Position numbers and translations under genes: made by a program | Assembly: GCA_051294375.1 (NCBI GenBank) | Contig: CM119271.1 | Coordinates: forward strand, 2,494,677 to 2,558,676 | Source: Paraspadella gotoi | Lineage: Eukaryota > Animalia > Chaetognatha | DNA: 64,000 nt | Reading direction: 5' to 3' | The notes under the pieces: model-generated | The model's input: only the letters and a program-made list of their open reading frames with translations | The model's database searches: none | What the model was told of the DNA's origin: nothing | Shown: positions 29,069 through 42,569 of the stretch, piece after piece | How the letters are laid out: each line of letters begins with the position of its first letter | Numbering within the stretch: the stretch's first letter is position 1

Positions 29069-29951
29069 AGATTTGTTTATCCAAAATTCTCTTTTTTGCC
29101 CTCGCGCCGGTGGAAAAAAAAAAACGCATCCTTGGCATCAAACAGATTCGTTTGATATGCATTTTTTTTTTTGCTTTTCTCTGAGAAAATTCTGAAAATC
29201 TAGAAAACATTTATTTCGTCTCTGAAAAACAAAAAAAGAGGATCTAAACGGGGACAAAGGTGGAGCGAGAGAAGAGACGAGAGAGACGCAGAAGAGGACG
29301 AGAGAGAGAAGAATAGAGAGAGAAAGAGATAGCAGAAGAAAGCCTTTTGAAATCCATTCGATAATTGATACGCCGGTAAAAACATTATTTCCGTTTCACA
29401 TATTTTTTTTATTCCATCCTCATAGATCTTCCCGAAATCCCGAGCAGTGAAAATTAACAAACGGAGAGATCGGACTCTCTCTCTCTCTCTCCTCTCTCTC
29501 TTCTCTCTCTCCTCGCTCCTCTCTTCAGACTCTATCTCTCTTCTCTCTCTCTCTCTCTCTCCCTTACTCCCCTTACATATTTATCGTTGAATAGGAAAAA
29601 TTCATCTTTAATTTTTTTTTCATATTTGTATTGTTCATCATTATTACATTATTAATTACCAATGTTCTTTTTTCCCACCACCAAGACGTCGACGTCGCGT
29701 CTCTGACGTCATGCGGTTGCCAAAAAAAAACAAAAACAAAAACAAAAAAAACAAATGACAATCGAGAAAAGCACAACACAACAACAACAACAACAACAAC
29801 AACGCCTCTTCCTCCGGAACCCCGCATTCCGCCCCTTCACCCTCGACTCTCTCTCGGCGCCGTAAAGGAGTCTCCGCCGCCGCCGACGAGGACTCGGCCG
29901 GATTCTTCGCCGGGAATCGGCCGACGCCGGAATCCAGGACGAGTCGAGACG

Positions 29952-29995
29952 ATGAGCTTTGAGCCTCCGTCGAGGAGGCGAACTAATTCGAGCGA

Positions 29996-30042
<47 letters not shown>

Positions 30043-30300
30043 TCTCCTTCGAGTGCGGAACGCTTCGTCGGCCTTCGCCACTCGACGCTAAATCGACTCA
30101 TCCCTTTCGGATGGACCCACTCGCCGATGACCCCGTGAATGACCTCGACAATGACCCCGACGGGGGTCGATGCCTTCTCTCTCGCCCCGCCCCTGACCCG
30201 AACAGCTCGGACTTTGTCCGAACCCGCCCGGCCCTTTCCGACCGCTCGTGCCCTGCCCTACGATCGCGGCCCGACTCGAAACGGGGCGGAGCTCTTTCGG
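29952..30300 (+). CDS. unc-5: Putative Unc5 coding exon 1 (Ser-rich low-complexity N-terminus)
   Basis: GC-rich open frame from ATG (MSFEPPSRRRTNSSESSS...RGGALS) to donor G|GTAAGT at 30300/30301. Phase 1 matches the exon at 33221. Assignment to Unc5 rests on position and phase, not homology. Confidence 0.45.
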
Positions 30301-30522
30301 GTAAGTCGGGGTAAGTTTCCTTTGTTGAGCTGTTGTCAGTTTTGTTGTTGATTCGAGGACCGGTAAGTCGAGGTCGGTAGTATTGAAGCGGCGTGATTGA
30401 AAAGGTAAGGCAAAGAAAAGACCGAAAGAAAAGTCCTTCTCGTTTTTTTTTGACAGAAGAACAAAAAAAAAATTGGAAGTTTGAATAAATAACATAAAGG
30501 CGGTTTCAAAGAACCTTTTTTT

Positions 30523-30727
30523 GGCACTATTTTTCGAAAGTGCCTCGTTTTTGCTCCTAATAGTCACACTTAATTTTAATACAAACCATAACTCTAATCT
30601 ATAAACTTAATACCTAAACCATCAACCTAAAACCATTATCCTTTACCATAATCATTAACCCTCACCACCTAAATCATTTTAATTCTGAATTTAAGTTGAA
30701 ATGAGTCGCTTTTGGAAAATATGCTCC
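30523..30727. mobile_element. MITE-like element with telomere-like internal repeats
   Basis: Left GGCACTATTTTTCGAAAGTGCCTCGTTT; right reverse complement GGAGCATATTTTCCAAAAGCGACTCATTT; interior of degenerate TAACC/TAAACC units. Confidence 0.6.
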
Positions 30728-30761
30728 TTTTTTATTTAAAAAAAATTTTTGGTAGAAGTAA

Positions 30762-30792
<31 letters not shown>

Positions 30793-30892
30793 NNNNNNNN
30801 NNNNNNNNNNNNNNNNNNNNNNNNNNNNNNNNNNNNNNNNNNNNNNNNNNNNNNNNNNNNNNNNNNNNNNNNNNNNNNNNNNNNNNNNNNNN

Positions 30893-33335
30893 ATCGAAAT
30901 AATAAGATTCCACTTTTACAAATTTAGATCCACATTTTTCCTATGCGCTTGCGACGATCCTATTGCGTTTAAGAATTTTTTAGTCTTTTTTTAGTCATGT
31001 TTGATCCTTTCGTCATTACGTTAATACGTCATTTACGTCATTTTAGTCAAGTTTGGTCCTTTAGTGTCATTATGTCATTTTGGATCTTCTGTTTTGATGA
31101 TTTTAATAAAAAAAGTGAAACGTTACTTATACGATACTACAAGAAAGTGTAACATTTATAAAAAAAACTTTTCAAAGACTAATTGTATGGTCAATGACTT
31201 AAAAAAAATCCTCTTCCGCTCCCTGCAGACGCGTCTTCGTCCACCCTACTTCGATCGCATCGTCGATGTCATCCCTACCTCTGGCACCTCACTCGCTCCC
31301 ATCTCTCCTCTCCGCCTCGCCGCCTTTTACGCCCCTCTCCTCNNNNNNNNNNNNNNNNNNNNNNNNNATCATCAAGAAAACAAGATAAACTAGTTTTATA
31401 CTTAACAAAATAAGAAAAAGTCATCTCGCCCGAAAAACTAGAGCGCCATCATAAACAAAAAAAAAGAAACAAAGCATCGATAATCTAAACGAATAGTAAA
31501 CAGAAAATAGTAAAGTTAAAATAATGAAAAAAGATCTGCAATTTGGAAGAGAAAACGAGAAGGCACATGTCGGACGGTGATTTCTGACATTTGTCTGACT
31601 TCTCTCTCTTACGCTCAACCCGCGTTGATCTCTAGTCTTTTTTATTCGGCATTATTCTATTTACTTATTCCTTTTCTTCTTACTTTCTATTTCTTTATCT
31701 ATTTCTGTTTGTTCTTTACGCATTCTAATTTGCTGTTCTCGTTAAGTCCGTTTGCGTTTCTCATTCTTATTATTTGTTCTATATAAGTTTCTACTTAACT
31801 TTCTATATAGTTGTATCATGCTCTATTATTAACAGTGTAGTTCTTTTTGACTCATCATCATTATCTGTCATATGCTTCAGATTTCTCATCATGTTCTAGT
31901 CCTATCTTAAAGTCTATTGATCTCTTTGCCTTTTCTTTCTTCTCTGTTCTTATCTTCACTACGTCTATCTGTCTTATCTTTCTTCTTGTCGTTCCTCGTC
32001 TTCTTTCTTTCTCTATCTTCCCAGCTCCTACACATAGCTCGCCCCCCCACAAAACCCCACTTACCCCCAGACCACAAACCTCTCCCACACTCCTGCCACC
32101 AACCCCCCACCGGCCTCCACACTTCCAAGCGCAAGTTCATTACCCCTCTGCCGCGCGATCTTAGATTAACATCCACTTTTGCTTTTCACTATCAATCTCC
32201 CTTTTAATTAAGAGAACCGAGAGAATTTACTTTTTTTTCTCTCTCTCCTCTCCCCGTTCTCCCTTCTTTACTCTTCTTTGTCTCCTTTTTCTTCTTCCCT
32301 CTTTTCTGTGCTTCTTCCCTCCCCATCCCCATCCTCCCGATTGCCCCCTCCTCTTATTTTTCTTTTGTTTCTTGTCTTCAATTATAAACCAAGATTAATT
32401 CACTCGTCGAATGCGTTTATCTCTCTCGACCTCTCCACCCTCTCTCTCTCTCTCTCTCTCCTTCTCTCTCTCTCTCTCCTCCTTCTCTCTCTCTAGTCTC
32501 TCGTCCTCTATCTCGTTGAAGCACAATGAAATTGCGCACCTTCCATTGGTTAGGACTATTAGTTCCCATGGTGTAGGAGCGTTTGCTTTCTAGGAAATTG
32601 AGATAATACGATAGTAACGTTTTGACGTCTCCGAGCTTATCTGGTGATAACACTAATTCTGCGATATTAGTCGCGCCAAGTTTTCGTCGTTAAATTACTT
32701 CGACTAAATATAGTCTATGACTAACAAATTACACATACGGTTCATAAAGCTCAAGGCGTAAAATGAACAAAATAAGCATATTTGAACCTAAAAATTACGC
32801 GTTTATATCAGATATAGTATGACAATGTATATTGTTCCCACGATGAATTATAAAGGCATATTCTTGGTTCGTAAATTACACTATGGGTGTTGCAATCGAA
32901 ATAAGTAAGATTCCACTTTTACAACTTTAGATCCACATTTTTTCCTATGCGCTTGCGACGATCCTATTGCGTTAAGAATTTTTTAGTCTTTTTTTAGTCA
33001 TGTTTGATCCTTTCGTCATACGTTAATAACGTCATTTACGTCATTTTAGTCAAGTTTGGTCCTTTAGTGTCATTATGTCATTTTGGATCTTCTGTTGATG
33101 ATTTTAATAAAAAAAGTGAAACGTTACTTAAATACTACAAGAAAGTGTAACATTTATAAAAAAAACTTTCAAAGACTATTGTATGCAATGACTGAAAAAA
33201 ATCCTCTTCGCTCCCTGCAGGACGCGTCTTCGTCTCCCGTACTTCGCATCGCATAGTCCGATGTCATCCCACCTCTGGCACCTTCACTCGCTCCCATCTC
33301 TCCTCTCCGCCTCGCCGCCTTTTACGCCCCTCTCC
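30893..33335 (+). repeat. Direct duplication 30893-31342 = about 32896-33335, including a truncated copy of the Unc5 exon at 31229-31342
   Basis: Both copies begin ATCGAAATAA(G)TAAGATTCCACTTTTACAA and run co-linearly to TTTTACGCCCCTCTCCTC. The first copy lies between two N gaps. Confidence 0.92.
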
Positions 33336-33501
33336 TCCCCCGCCCCTACATCCGCCCGCGAGTAGCCTCGGCCTGAACGTCGCCTTCTTCGCTCTCTTCT
33401 CTCTCGGGTCTTCGATGTAAAGGCTCGTGCCGCCCAGGGCGCCGGATCGGGCCGCGCCGCCCCGTCGTTTCCGTCGTGGGCGCCGATCGGTCAAACCGCG
33501 G
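33221..33501 (+). CDS. unc-5: Putative Unc5 exon 2 carrying the signal-peptide-like segment (one apparent indel)
   Basis: Acceptor CCCTGCAG| and donor G|GTAAGT. The phase-1 frame runs to LGLNVAFFALFSLG; adding one G in the GGG run near 33408 continues VFDVKARA-AQGAGSG...QTA, giving an AxA cleavage motif. Confidence 0.5.
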
Positions 33502-33882
33502 GTAAGTTTGATATACGAAATGTTTATTTAAGTGTTTTCTCCAATTGCTTTTATGACTGTCTTTGTTTGTTGTTCTTTGTTTTTTCTTTCTTTCTTTCTT
33601 TTTTCTTTTTTTCCACTTCTGTCTAATCAATAAGAAAATGTAATTGAATATGAATAACCCAAACCCCCAAAAAACGTGTATATTTCTCAACTTACGAATT
33701 ATTTAATAGCTATGATAATAATTGAAAAAAAAATTGAGTAAAAAAAAATCCCAATCACACATATTTTGTTTCTCTCGCCCTGAATGATGTGCATCGCAAG
33801 TCTGATCTCATTCTTATTTTTTATTTTTAACTTTTTTCTTAGAGACATTGAGTTTATTTTGACAACGATTTATTAATTCAAA

Positions 33883-33924
33883 AACAGACATGTTTCGGCT
33901 TCATTTCAAGCCTTCAACAGCGTT
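33883..33924 (-). ncRNA. Minimal type I hammerhead ribozyme-like motif (Penelope-type), degenerate
   Basis: Minus strand reads AACG-CTGTTGA-A-GGCTT(GAAATG)AAGCC-GAAAC-AT-GTC-TGTT: stem I, core with A6>U, stem II, GAAA, palindromic ACATGT, GUC cleavage triplet. Confidence 0.6.
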
Positions 33925-33949
33925 AGTGACATTTGAAAATATTTTTGTG

Positions 33950-34735
33950 TAAAGAAGAGAAAAGAGATAAACAGAGAGAGAGAGATGAGGAAATTTTCCA
34001 ACACAGAGTTTAGAAAGGACAGTGGTCAATTGGGGAGGACAGGCTGAGTTGAGAAAAAGACAAAGTAAGTTGTGAAAGAGAAGTGAAATGGTGAAAAAAA
34101 AAAAAAAAGAAAAAGAAAAGAGAGAGAGGGGAGAGAGAAGAGATGGATTGAGGGGAGAAGATGAGAGAGATGAGAGAGAGAAACAGTGCAAAACTTTTAC
34201 ATTGTGTAATGTATAACATAAAAAATTTTTAAACTGATGAATATTAGTCGTGAAGTTAAATTAATCTACTTAATAATTAGTGAGAGTGAAAGGAATTTGA
34301 ATTGAAAGGATTAAGATTTGAGGGATGAGTTGGAAGTAATAAAATGAAAATTGAGAAGCTAAGATAGAGCTTCAAAATGAGCTGCTTTTGTGTGAAAGGC
34401 AGAGAGAAAGAGAGATAAACAGAGAGAGAGAGAAGGGCAAAGTTTCCAACATAGGAGTTTAGAAAGGACAGTGGATCAATTGGTGAGGGACAGGCTGAAG
34501 ATGAGAAAAGAGACTAGGAGTAAGTTGTGAAAAGACGTGAAATGGTGAAAAAAAAAAAAAAAAGAGGACGAGAGAGAGAGAGAGAGAGGAGAGAGAAAAC
34601 TGTTTGCAAATCTTTACATGATGTAATGTATACCAAGGAAAAATTTTTAAACTATGAATATTTAGTAAGTTATAACAATTAATCTACTTAATAATTATGA
34701 GAGGGAAACAGGAAATTTGGAAATTGAAAGGATCT
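33950..34735 (+). repeat. Tandem duplication of a unit of about 350-400 bp (33950-34320 and 34400-34735)
   Basis: Shared GAGTTTAGAAAGGACAGTGG, GGACAGGCTGA, GTGAAATGGTGAAAAAA and TTAATCTACTTAATAATTA in the same order. Confidence 0.9.
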
Positions 34736-36317
34736 AATCGTCCCAAACAACGAAAAGAAAGGATTTATATCACAACTTTTTTCTTAAATTATTTTTTATC
34801 TTTTCGTGTTTTGTCTTATTGAAGTTTTCTTTTCCTTGTGTGGTCTAAAGGGAATTTTTATTTTCTTTCAATTTTTTTTATGGTCGAGATAAGTAAAAAT
34901 TATTATTTTTTCTGATCGATTTTCGATCCTCGTGTTGTTCCTTTTTTTTTCTTCAAAATTTGATCCGAAAATGATCTTTGCTCTATTTCAGTCAGCTGTT
35001 TAGTAAAATAACTATAGTTACCAGTTACAGATAATAAATATTATTAAAAAAGAAATAAAAATATTAATATTTTTAGTCGTCACAACGCGTAACTTTTTCT
35101 TGACCCAAAATAAACAAAAAACCTTCATCAAACTTGGAGTTACCTCATTAGTACATCAGACGCATTTTCACAAACACCAGTTCACAATTGTAATAGTAAT
35201 TATTATTGTTATTGTTGTTTCTCGATAAAGCTTTTTGTAACTAAACGCGATTTTAAGCGATATATCTCGATCGAAAAGCGATTTAAAGCGATTGTCCGTA
35301 GAGCGATATAAAGCGATCGCCATTCGTTCGAGAGAAAAATCGCTCCGGGCGGTAAACCTGGATTCGGTCACGAAGCATCACGTAGAATCACAGAGAAATC
35401 ACAGGCAGNNNNNNNNNNNNNNNNNNNNNNNNNNNNNNNNNNNNNNNNNNNNNNNNNNNNNNNNNNNNNNNNNNNNNNNNNNNNNNNNNNNNNNNNNNNN
35501 NNNNNNNNNNNNNNNNNNNNNNNNNNNNNNNNNNNNNNNNNNNNNNNNNNNNNNNNNNNNNNNNNNNNNNNNNNNNNNNNNNNNNNNNNNNNNATCTGCA
35601 GATCTAGATTTCTGTCTTTGATATTTCGACTTTTTAGATTTCACGGTGAGATAATAGAAAAAATAGCGGGTGAAGAATTGGGTCACTGATTGTGAATCTA
35701 GGGAGAGAGAGAGAGAGAGGGTAAGGAAATGAAACTGGTGGGGATAAAATGGTAAAGTCGGTGAGCAAGATGAGTCTACTGCATAAGATGTCAGATTATG
35801 ATTCTGCTAGAGGCCTCGTTTAGGGACTATGGGCAATTTGGCAATTGGGCATTGGGCTATGGCGATAGTTAATGAGACTAATCATCCCGGCCAATTGTAG
35901 TCTTCATTTAAACTGAAATGCTAAGGAGACTTCGATCGAAACACACTCCCCCTGACTCCTACCAAGGCGCCCTCCGGCTGGGTATTAGTGTAATGAACAA
36001 ACTAATTTGATATTTCAATAAGAAATTATTAGGAAATATTTATCGCGGCGTGAAAACCGTATATATGTAAGAAAATATTTTACTAAACCTGGAAATATCC
36101 GCCTTGAAAAGCGCATTATGCTGACATTAATATATTCCACAATCAAATGGCAAACGGCAGAGCGGCGACAATTATTTTAAAAAGCTACGACGACGGACGA
36201 CGACGACGACAACAACGTCGACGACGATCGACAACCGTCGACGGCACGGGGAGCATTCGGCAGTTGCGCGGCTTCACGTGGCGGCATGAAAAGCCAGAGA
36301 GCAGAGAGAGAGAGACT

Positions 36318-36353
<36 letters not shown>

Positions 36354-39300
36354 ATCGAGAGATAGAGAGAAATGAAGAGAGAGAGAGATAGATAGAGAGA
36401 AAGAAAAAAGGAGGGGGGGGAAACTATTTTTTTTTTTCCCCCGCCCAGAGCGCTGACCCATCCCCGGAAACCTTCGAGCCGTCTGTTCGATCTCCGGATC
36501 TCCCGCCGACTAGGGTAAACAACTTCGAAAACTGGGCGGAGGGGAGGGTGTATTTGTAGAGGTTAGTAGGTGTAAAAGGGCTTCGATCGAAGCGCAATGC
36601 CGGCTGATGGCCTGCGGTTTAGCGGCGTCCGCAGGGGGCGGCGCCTGCGGCGCCTCAGTGGCGGTCACGAACGCACAAAAAGCCCAGATCTATTTTTGTT
36701 GTCTAAACCCCCAGTAACAGATGAGGACAAAAAAAGGAGAGAGGAGAAGAGGCGAGAAGAAGAAGAGAGACAGAGAGAGAGAGAAGGAGCAGAGAGCAGA
36801 GAGAGCATCATGCATTCCAGTTTTGTGGAACAATTCCGAGTTTTGCTCGACTTCTGCATATTTTGATTTCGACGGAAATAAAAGAATTAAAACACTTATT
36901 TCTATCTCGTGCAAAAATCATCGCGCACAACAACCCAACGACAACAACAAAAATTAACACAACGACACAACAACAACAACACCGTCGGAAAAGTTGTTCA
37001 TATGAAGAAACTATCGTCCGTTCGAACAAAATCCAAAACAATGAGAACCGGTTCAACGAATTAATTTCGATTTAAAACAAAGCTACGTAAAAACGTCCGA
37101 CACCGCTATTATGCCAACAATGTACTGTTTAAGAATTGATAGGCATCTCACACTCTTGATTACAACGAACTAGTTCATTTCCGATATCATCCCGCCTAAA
37201 TTCTTCAAAGCGTCCCAACTAAAGATCAGATAAACACCTCCCTGAGGATTGTTCGCGTTTCGATTTGTGGAGGAGCTTGTAAGAGGTTGTGAATGCGTGC
37301 AAACCATTTCACAGCCCGGGGATACAAGGTCACCGGGCGAGAATAGAGCAGAGAGGAACGATTTGGGCGGCTAGTTAAGAAGAGAGAAGAGAGCGGGGCA
37401 GGAAGAAGTACGCAAGATCCGGTCATTGAGCGCAGCGTGTTTAAAGCTTAGTGCAGCATTCGACAGGCTATTACTCTTTCTGGGCACGAGGATAATCAGA
37501 GGTTCACGATATTATAATTAACTAAACAAGGCGTAGATATGTCGAAAAAGGGGCTCGTCCAAGCAGACGCCGCTAGCGAGGCCGTGCGCCTCGAAAGGCG
37601 GGTCAGCCCAAAAAAAAGGGGCGGAAAGATAGTCGGGCCCACATAGTGAACCTAACCTCATTAGAGGATGCGAAAGATCACCGGGAGCCAACGAGGCATC
37701 GAAGGAGCGGAGTTACTTATGTAGACCATTTTGGAAGGAATGTTGGAAAAGGGGAAGGGGGTAGAAGGGGAGATGGGTAGAAATGAGAGGGGGCAGGGGG
37801 ACAGGGTGTTGAGTTAGGCACTAGGGGAAGAGGGGGCGGGAAGAAGTGAGATGTGGCAAGGCGACAAGGGGTCTGGTAGCTCCGGAGCTCGAAAGGGGTT
37901 CGTCCCTAAGCGAAGGGGAGAAGCGAATGGAGTCAGGGGGATGGGTCCTCTTCCAAGGGCTTGGTGATACTCCGGGGGAAGATAAGTGAGTCGGGGGCGT
38001 GGAGAAGTGAAGCGTACATAGGGTGAGGAAGTTTGGGCGGATGAAGTGAAGCGGGTCAGGGGATGGGTCTCATCCCGGGGGTCGCGTGACACCCTTAGCC
38101 GCTGGGAGGGGAGAGGTTAATGGGGTAGAAGATTTAAACGGGCAGGGGGTGTGGAGAAGTGAAGGGTACATGTGGTATTGGACCTCGCCGGTGGTGAGGC
38201 ATAAAGCCAAAGAGAGGGCTCGCCCCGTTTTTACGGCCTCGTTAGCAGTTATCTCTTTTTCTGCTTCGAATCGACTTCCGCGCTGCAGACTCATTCGCCT
38301 TCGATGTCAGGTCTAATTATCGTCACGACGACGGGAAAAAAAATGAATGAAACGAACGATCGAGAAAAAACAACGACGATGACCACGATGACGACGACGA
38401 CGATGACGACGTCGCAACGATATGAGTCGTCATGAACGGACGGACGGACGGACTTGGGGAGTTTAACGAAACGAAAGAGATAAACTCGATAAAAGAATAT
38501 TACACAAAAATTTGAAGGATTTTTTTAAAAACAAAATTTTAGAAATTGTTTTTTTGTTATTAATGAACGTGAAAANNNNNNNNNNNNNNNNNNNNNNNNN
38601 NNNNNNNNNNNNNNNNNNNNNNNNNNNNNNNNNNNNNNNNNNNNNNNNNNNNNNNNNNNNNNNNNNNNNNNNNNNNNNNNNNNNNNNNNNNNNNNNNNNN
38701 NNNNNNNNNNNNNNNNNNNNNNNNNNNNNNNNNNNNNNNNNNNNNNNNNNNNNNNNNNNNNNNNNNNNNNNNNNNNNNNNNNNNNNNNNNNNNNNNNNNN
38801 NNNNNNNNNNNNNNNNNNNNNNNNNNNNNNNNNNNNNNNNNNNNNNNNNNNNNNNNNNNNNNGCTCTGTCAGCTCAAGTCAGGCCAACAGATTCGCCGTT
38901 TTATGAAATTTAATCCTCGTCTTAAATGTACAATGTACATTGAACAACGATCACACCTGGCACGAAACCGACTTAAAAACTTTCTATTTAATCAGCATTC
39001 AACACCCCCGCTACTACAAGTCTACAACAACAACAAACAACAACAAAAACAACAACAACAACAACAACTAAAACCACCCCAGCCTCTTAATTCGATTTAA
39101 TGAGAAAAACAAAATTCGGAGTGGCGCAAATCATCCAAGAACAAAATCCAAAGAAATTCTTCATCCGTTATATTATAAACTTCTTCTCTTTTCTAATCGT
39201 CGCGAGGTTGTGATAATAAGATATGATGAATTTGGCAGAATTGTTTTTTATTTATGCTTTGTCTTTATTCCTAAGTTTCTGTGGTATAATATATATAGCT

Positions 39301-42116
39301 GGAAAAGGGAGTTGCGGCGGGCGGTTGAGTGGTGGGGTACACAGTTTATCAGAGGCAGACGCGAAGGAATGGGGTGCGGGGGAGGTGAAGGGTTCTTGGG
39401 CTCTTGACTAATCGAGTATATAGGAGTAAATTACGATTCGCTTGTCCGAGTCTGGAAATTTTTAATATCTCCCTGCGAAGTCCTTAATCAAAATGTTGTT
39501 CTATTTTTTTGACGCACTTTGCTAGTTCTTGTATGTTCGTCGGGTTATACGTCAATAATGTTTCTTTAAGGCGCTGTTTAGAGTAAGCTATATCCCGAGA
39601 AGGATGATGAGACAGTCAGTATAGAGATACATTTAAAAAGCCGAGCTTGATAGACGTATGGTTAAAAAAAAGTAAAGGTAAGCAGAAAGACAAATAAAAT
39701 GTACTCGAGCAGCCATTCAAGGGAATGCATCAATATGAACTTACCTCCAAAGACAAAAAGACAAAGACACCAAATTAGAAGTAAGAAGCGACGGAAAATA
39801 TTATATAAAGAAAAAGAACCCAAAGAGAGAGAGAAAAGCTAAAGATGAAGGATAAAGTCAAGTAAGAGTTAAAAAAAAAAAGCAAGGAACTTTGGATCGT
39901 GCTCAGGTGATGATTTTGGTTTCTCTCTCTAGGTTTTTTTTCGTCGATTTTTTATAAAATGCACCAGAAGACGAGGTTAAGTTCCTGGCCGAAAACAAGA
40001 ATGTTTTATCCAAAGCAGGGGTCTGATTATGAACACAAAGAACTGGGGTCAAGAACATTCGGCAGCATCAATGACATTGCATCAAACTAACAACTCATCA
40101 GCAGTCGTTCGTCGCTGTCGCTGCGTGCGAAGAGTTCCGTTACGCTACGGTCGATAAAGAGTACTCGTGTTATTAATATCATTATAATTACGTTTTGCCC
40201 ACCGGCTTGTGTGTTATTCACACGATGGCAATGCGGCGGATGATATTCTCAATTTCCCGTCTCTCGTCTGCTGCTCTCATCTCTCTCCAGATCCGCTCCT
40301 CCCACAATCTCTCCGCTCGTGCTATGATGTTCCTCCGTCGACTTCCATGACTCCGCAGATCTCCTCCAACCCGAATGATGCAGAAGAGTGCGGTGGCGGA
40401 AGAGTCACGCGCGATATCTCTCTCCCCCTCGCGGCCTTTCCGTCGTTGTTATTGTTCCAGGGTTGCTCTAAGTTGTTTTGAAAAATAGTAAACCTCATCT
40501 TCTGTCCAGAGGCTGGTTTGGTCATGTGCCGCTCAATGTGCTCTCGACATGATCTCTCACTCCGGTCGATCTCGTCTCTGCGATACTTGTCCGGCTTCTC
40601 CACAAGATCCTTAGTGCATTCACATCCTTTTCCTCTGTGCTGAAGTCCAGTCGTGCCAACTATCTCCGTCGGACGAATTAACATCCCAGTCGTCTCCTCC
40701 TGCATATTCAGAGTCTTGGAAATGCTGTATCTAACCGCATCTCTGCATCCCATGCGTCCGAAAGGAGTCCGTCCGTCCGGACTTTGGAGGAAATATAGCC
40801 TGCTCGCTCTCGGTTCTCTCTTTCGCGTCTCTGCCGTATCGAGTCAGATCCATTCTCATCGACCGATGTATCGGGGATCAGCTCACTCGGTCCTCCTGTC
40901 CTCAGTCCTCATCTATACTTCTTCCTCGTCCTCCTGCTGGTCTTCTCATTCTCATTTTATCGTGCGCTCCGAGGAACTCGCATCGTCGTACTCCTTCGTT
41001 CTGCTCAAGGGATCATGAGTTCTTCTCGGCCAGGCGGGGGGTTAACGTCCGTCGTTCCTCCGGATCATCTCTTCAGCATCCATCTCTCACATTCCTCTCC
41101 CGGCCAGAATTCCTGTCTCTCGTTCTCGTCGGTGCTCTTCCTCTGCTTTCTCAAGCTTTCCCCCGCCCCCCCCTCCTGTGATAAAATGGCCATTATTGAA
41201 AGTTTAACTCTTATTTATCTTCCCCCGCTTCTTTCTTTCCTAATGTTCTCTCCTCTCTGCTCGTCTCTCTCTCGATCCGTCATAGTCTCGGTCCTCTTCT
41301 CTCTTGGCGCCTCACGGTGAGCTCTGCTTGCCGTCTCATCGTTCGCTTCCTCATCCTCCGCGTCATCCGTCTCTGCTCTCTCCATCTCTCCAGGTGCACT
41401 CCGATTCGCGACAGCGCTTCTCGTCAGCGGGATCCTCTCGCTCGCTTTTCCTCTCTCTCTCTCTCTTCTCCTCCTTTCTTCGCTCTCTCTCTTCTGTTTT
41501 TTGGCATGCCGGTCTCCATTTCCCTGCATTTGTTTTGACAACCAAAAAATTTCCCTCTTCTCGCTGAATTTTTTGGCCTTTTTAACCTCAAATTTTTTTC
41601 ACCGCTTGGTGCCTCTCTGACTCATCGCCAACGATACATATTACCACCGATTTGGATTCATCGCTTTTTTGTAGCGGGGGGAAAGAAGTATATATATCCC
41701 TATTCCTAGATGGACATAAATTAAGTAACAGAATAAAGTAGGAAGTTTGTTGATATTTTGAGTTTTTTGTCACTTATAAGTTGAGATTTTGTGAAGATTT
41801 TAATAATAGAAAAAACATGGGCTCATGAAATTCATAAAATAACCATTCATTCATTCAATAAGTAAACAATATAGTTCCTGAAGTCTTCACTCCTCTTAGT
41901 TTTAATAACATATCAAGACACTAAAAGCTTCAGTGTACCTGGCTTCCCTATCAATTAAATGGTATAAAATTGTTATAAAATGTTTTAATTTTATAAAAGA
42001 ACCCTTCCCTTAAGTAATAAGGAAATAATTTTTTATATAACAAGTTTGTAAAAAGCTTTTTTAACAACATTTACTTCTTGCAATAACCTTCTTCTTATTT
42101 TCCTTTTTTTTTCCAG

Positions 42117-42323
42117 TCGCACAATCTCCTTTGGACAGATCCCGGCCTCTACACTCAGGACAACATCTCTGCGGCCTTCGTGGCGGCGGCGTCGGGCGCC
42201 GGAGCTGCGTCGGCGGCTGCAGCGGCGTCGCCGGTTGCCGCGTCGCCAGCTGCGTCGGCGAATCGAGGCGCCGACGTCGCCGAACCCGCGGCTCCCGTTG
42301 ACAAGGAACTCCCCGTTTTCTTG
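42117..42323 (+). CDS. unc-5: Unc5 exon preceding Ig1 (Ala-rich linker ending LPVFL)
   Basis: Polypyrimidine acceptor TTCCAG| and donor TTG|GTAAGT. Encodes ...WTDPGLYTQDNISAAFVAAASGAGAASAAAAASP...VDKELPVFL, which joins in phase to ANPVHSFIVKNQPV, matching the UNC5 LPxFLxxPxxxxIVKNxPV start of Ig1. Confidence 0.8.
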
Positions 42324-42534
42324 GTAAGTTAAAGACAAGATGTTTTCGGAAAAGAACAGGAGAAGTTCATTTTACCTGGTTAATTTTCAAATCGACTGGG
42401 GAAACTGAATTTAATAATAAACATTGTTTAAAAACAATAACAAAAGCAGCTTCACTGAAGTTGTCGTCGTCGTCGTCGTTGTCGTCGTCGTCTTGTTTTT
42501 TCAAAACCCACTTCGTTGGCCGTCGTGAGGGAAG

Positions 42535-42569
<35 letters not shown>

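Noticed and set aside
37150-38320. High-complexity and G-rich stretch as a possible retroelement or exon
   Set aside because: No recognisable protein motif in any frame; looks like low-quality read sequence next to a gap.
40209-41570. ORFs of 90-143 aa on both strands (similar ones at 45221-45914)
   Set aside because: No domain similarity or splice structure; composition fits error-scrambled CT/GA-rich sequence.
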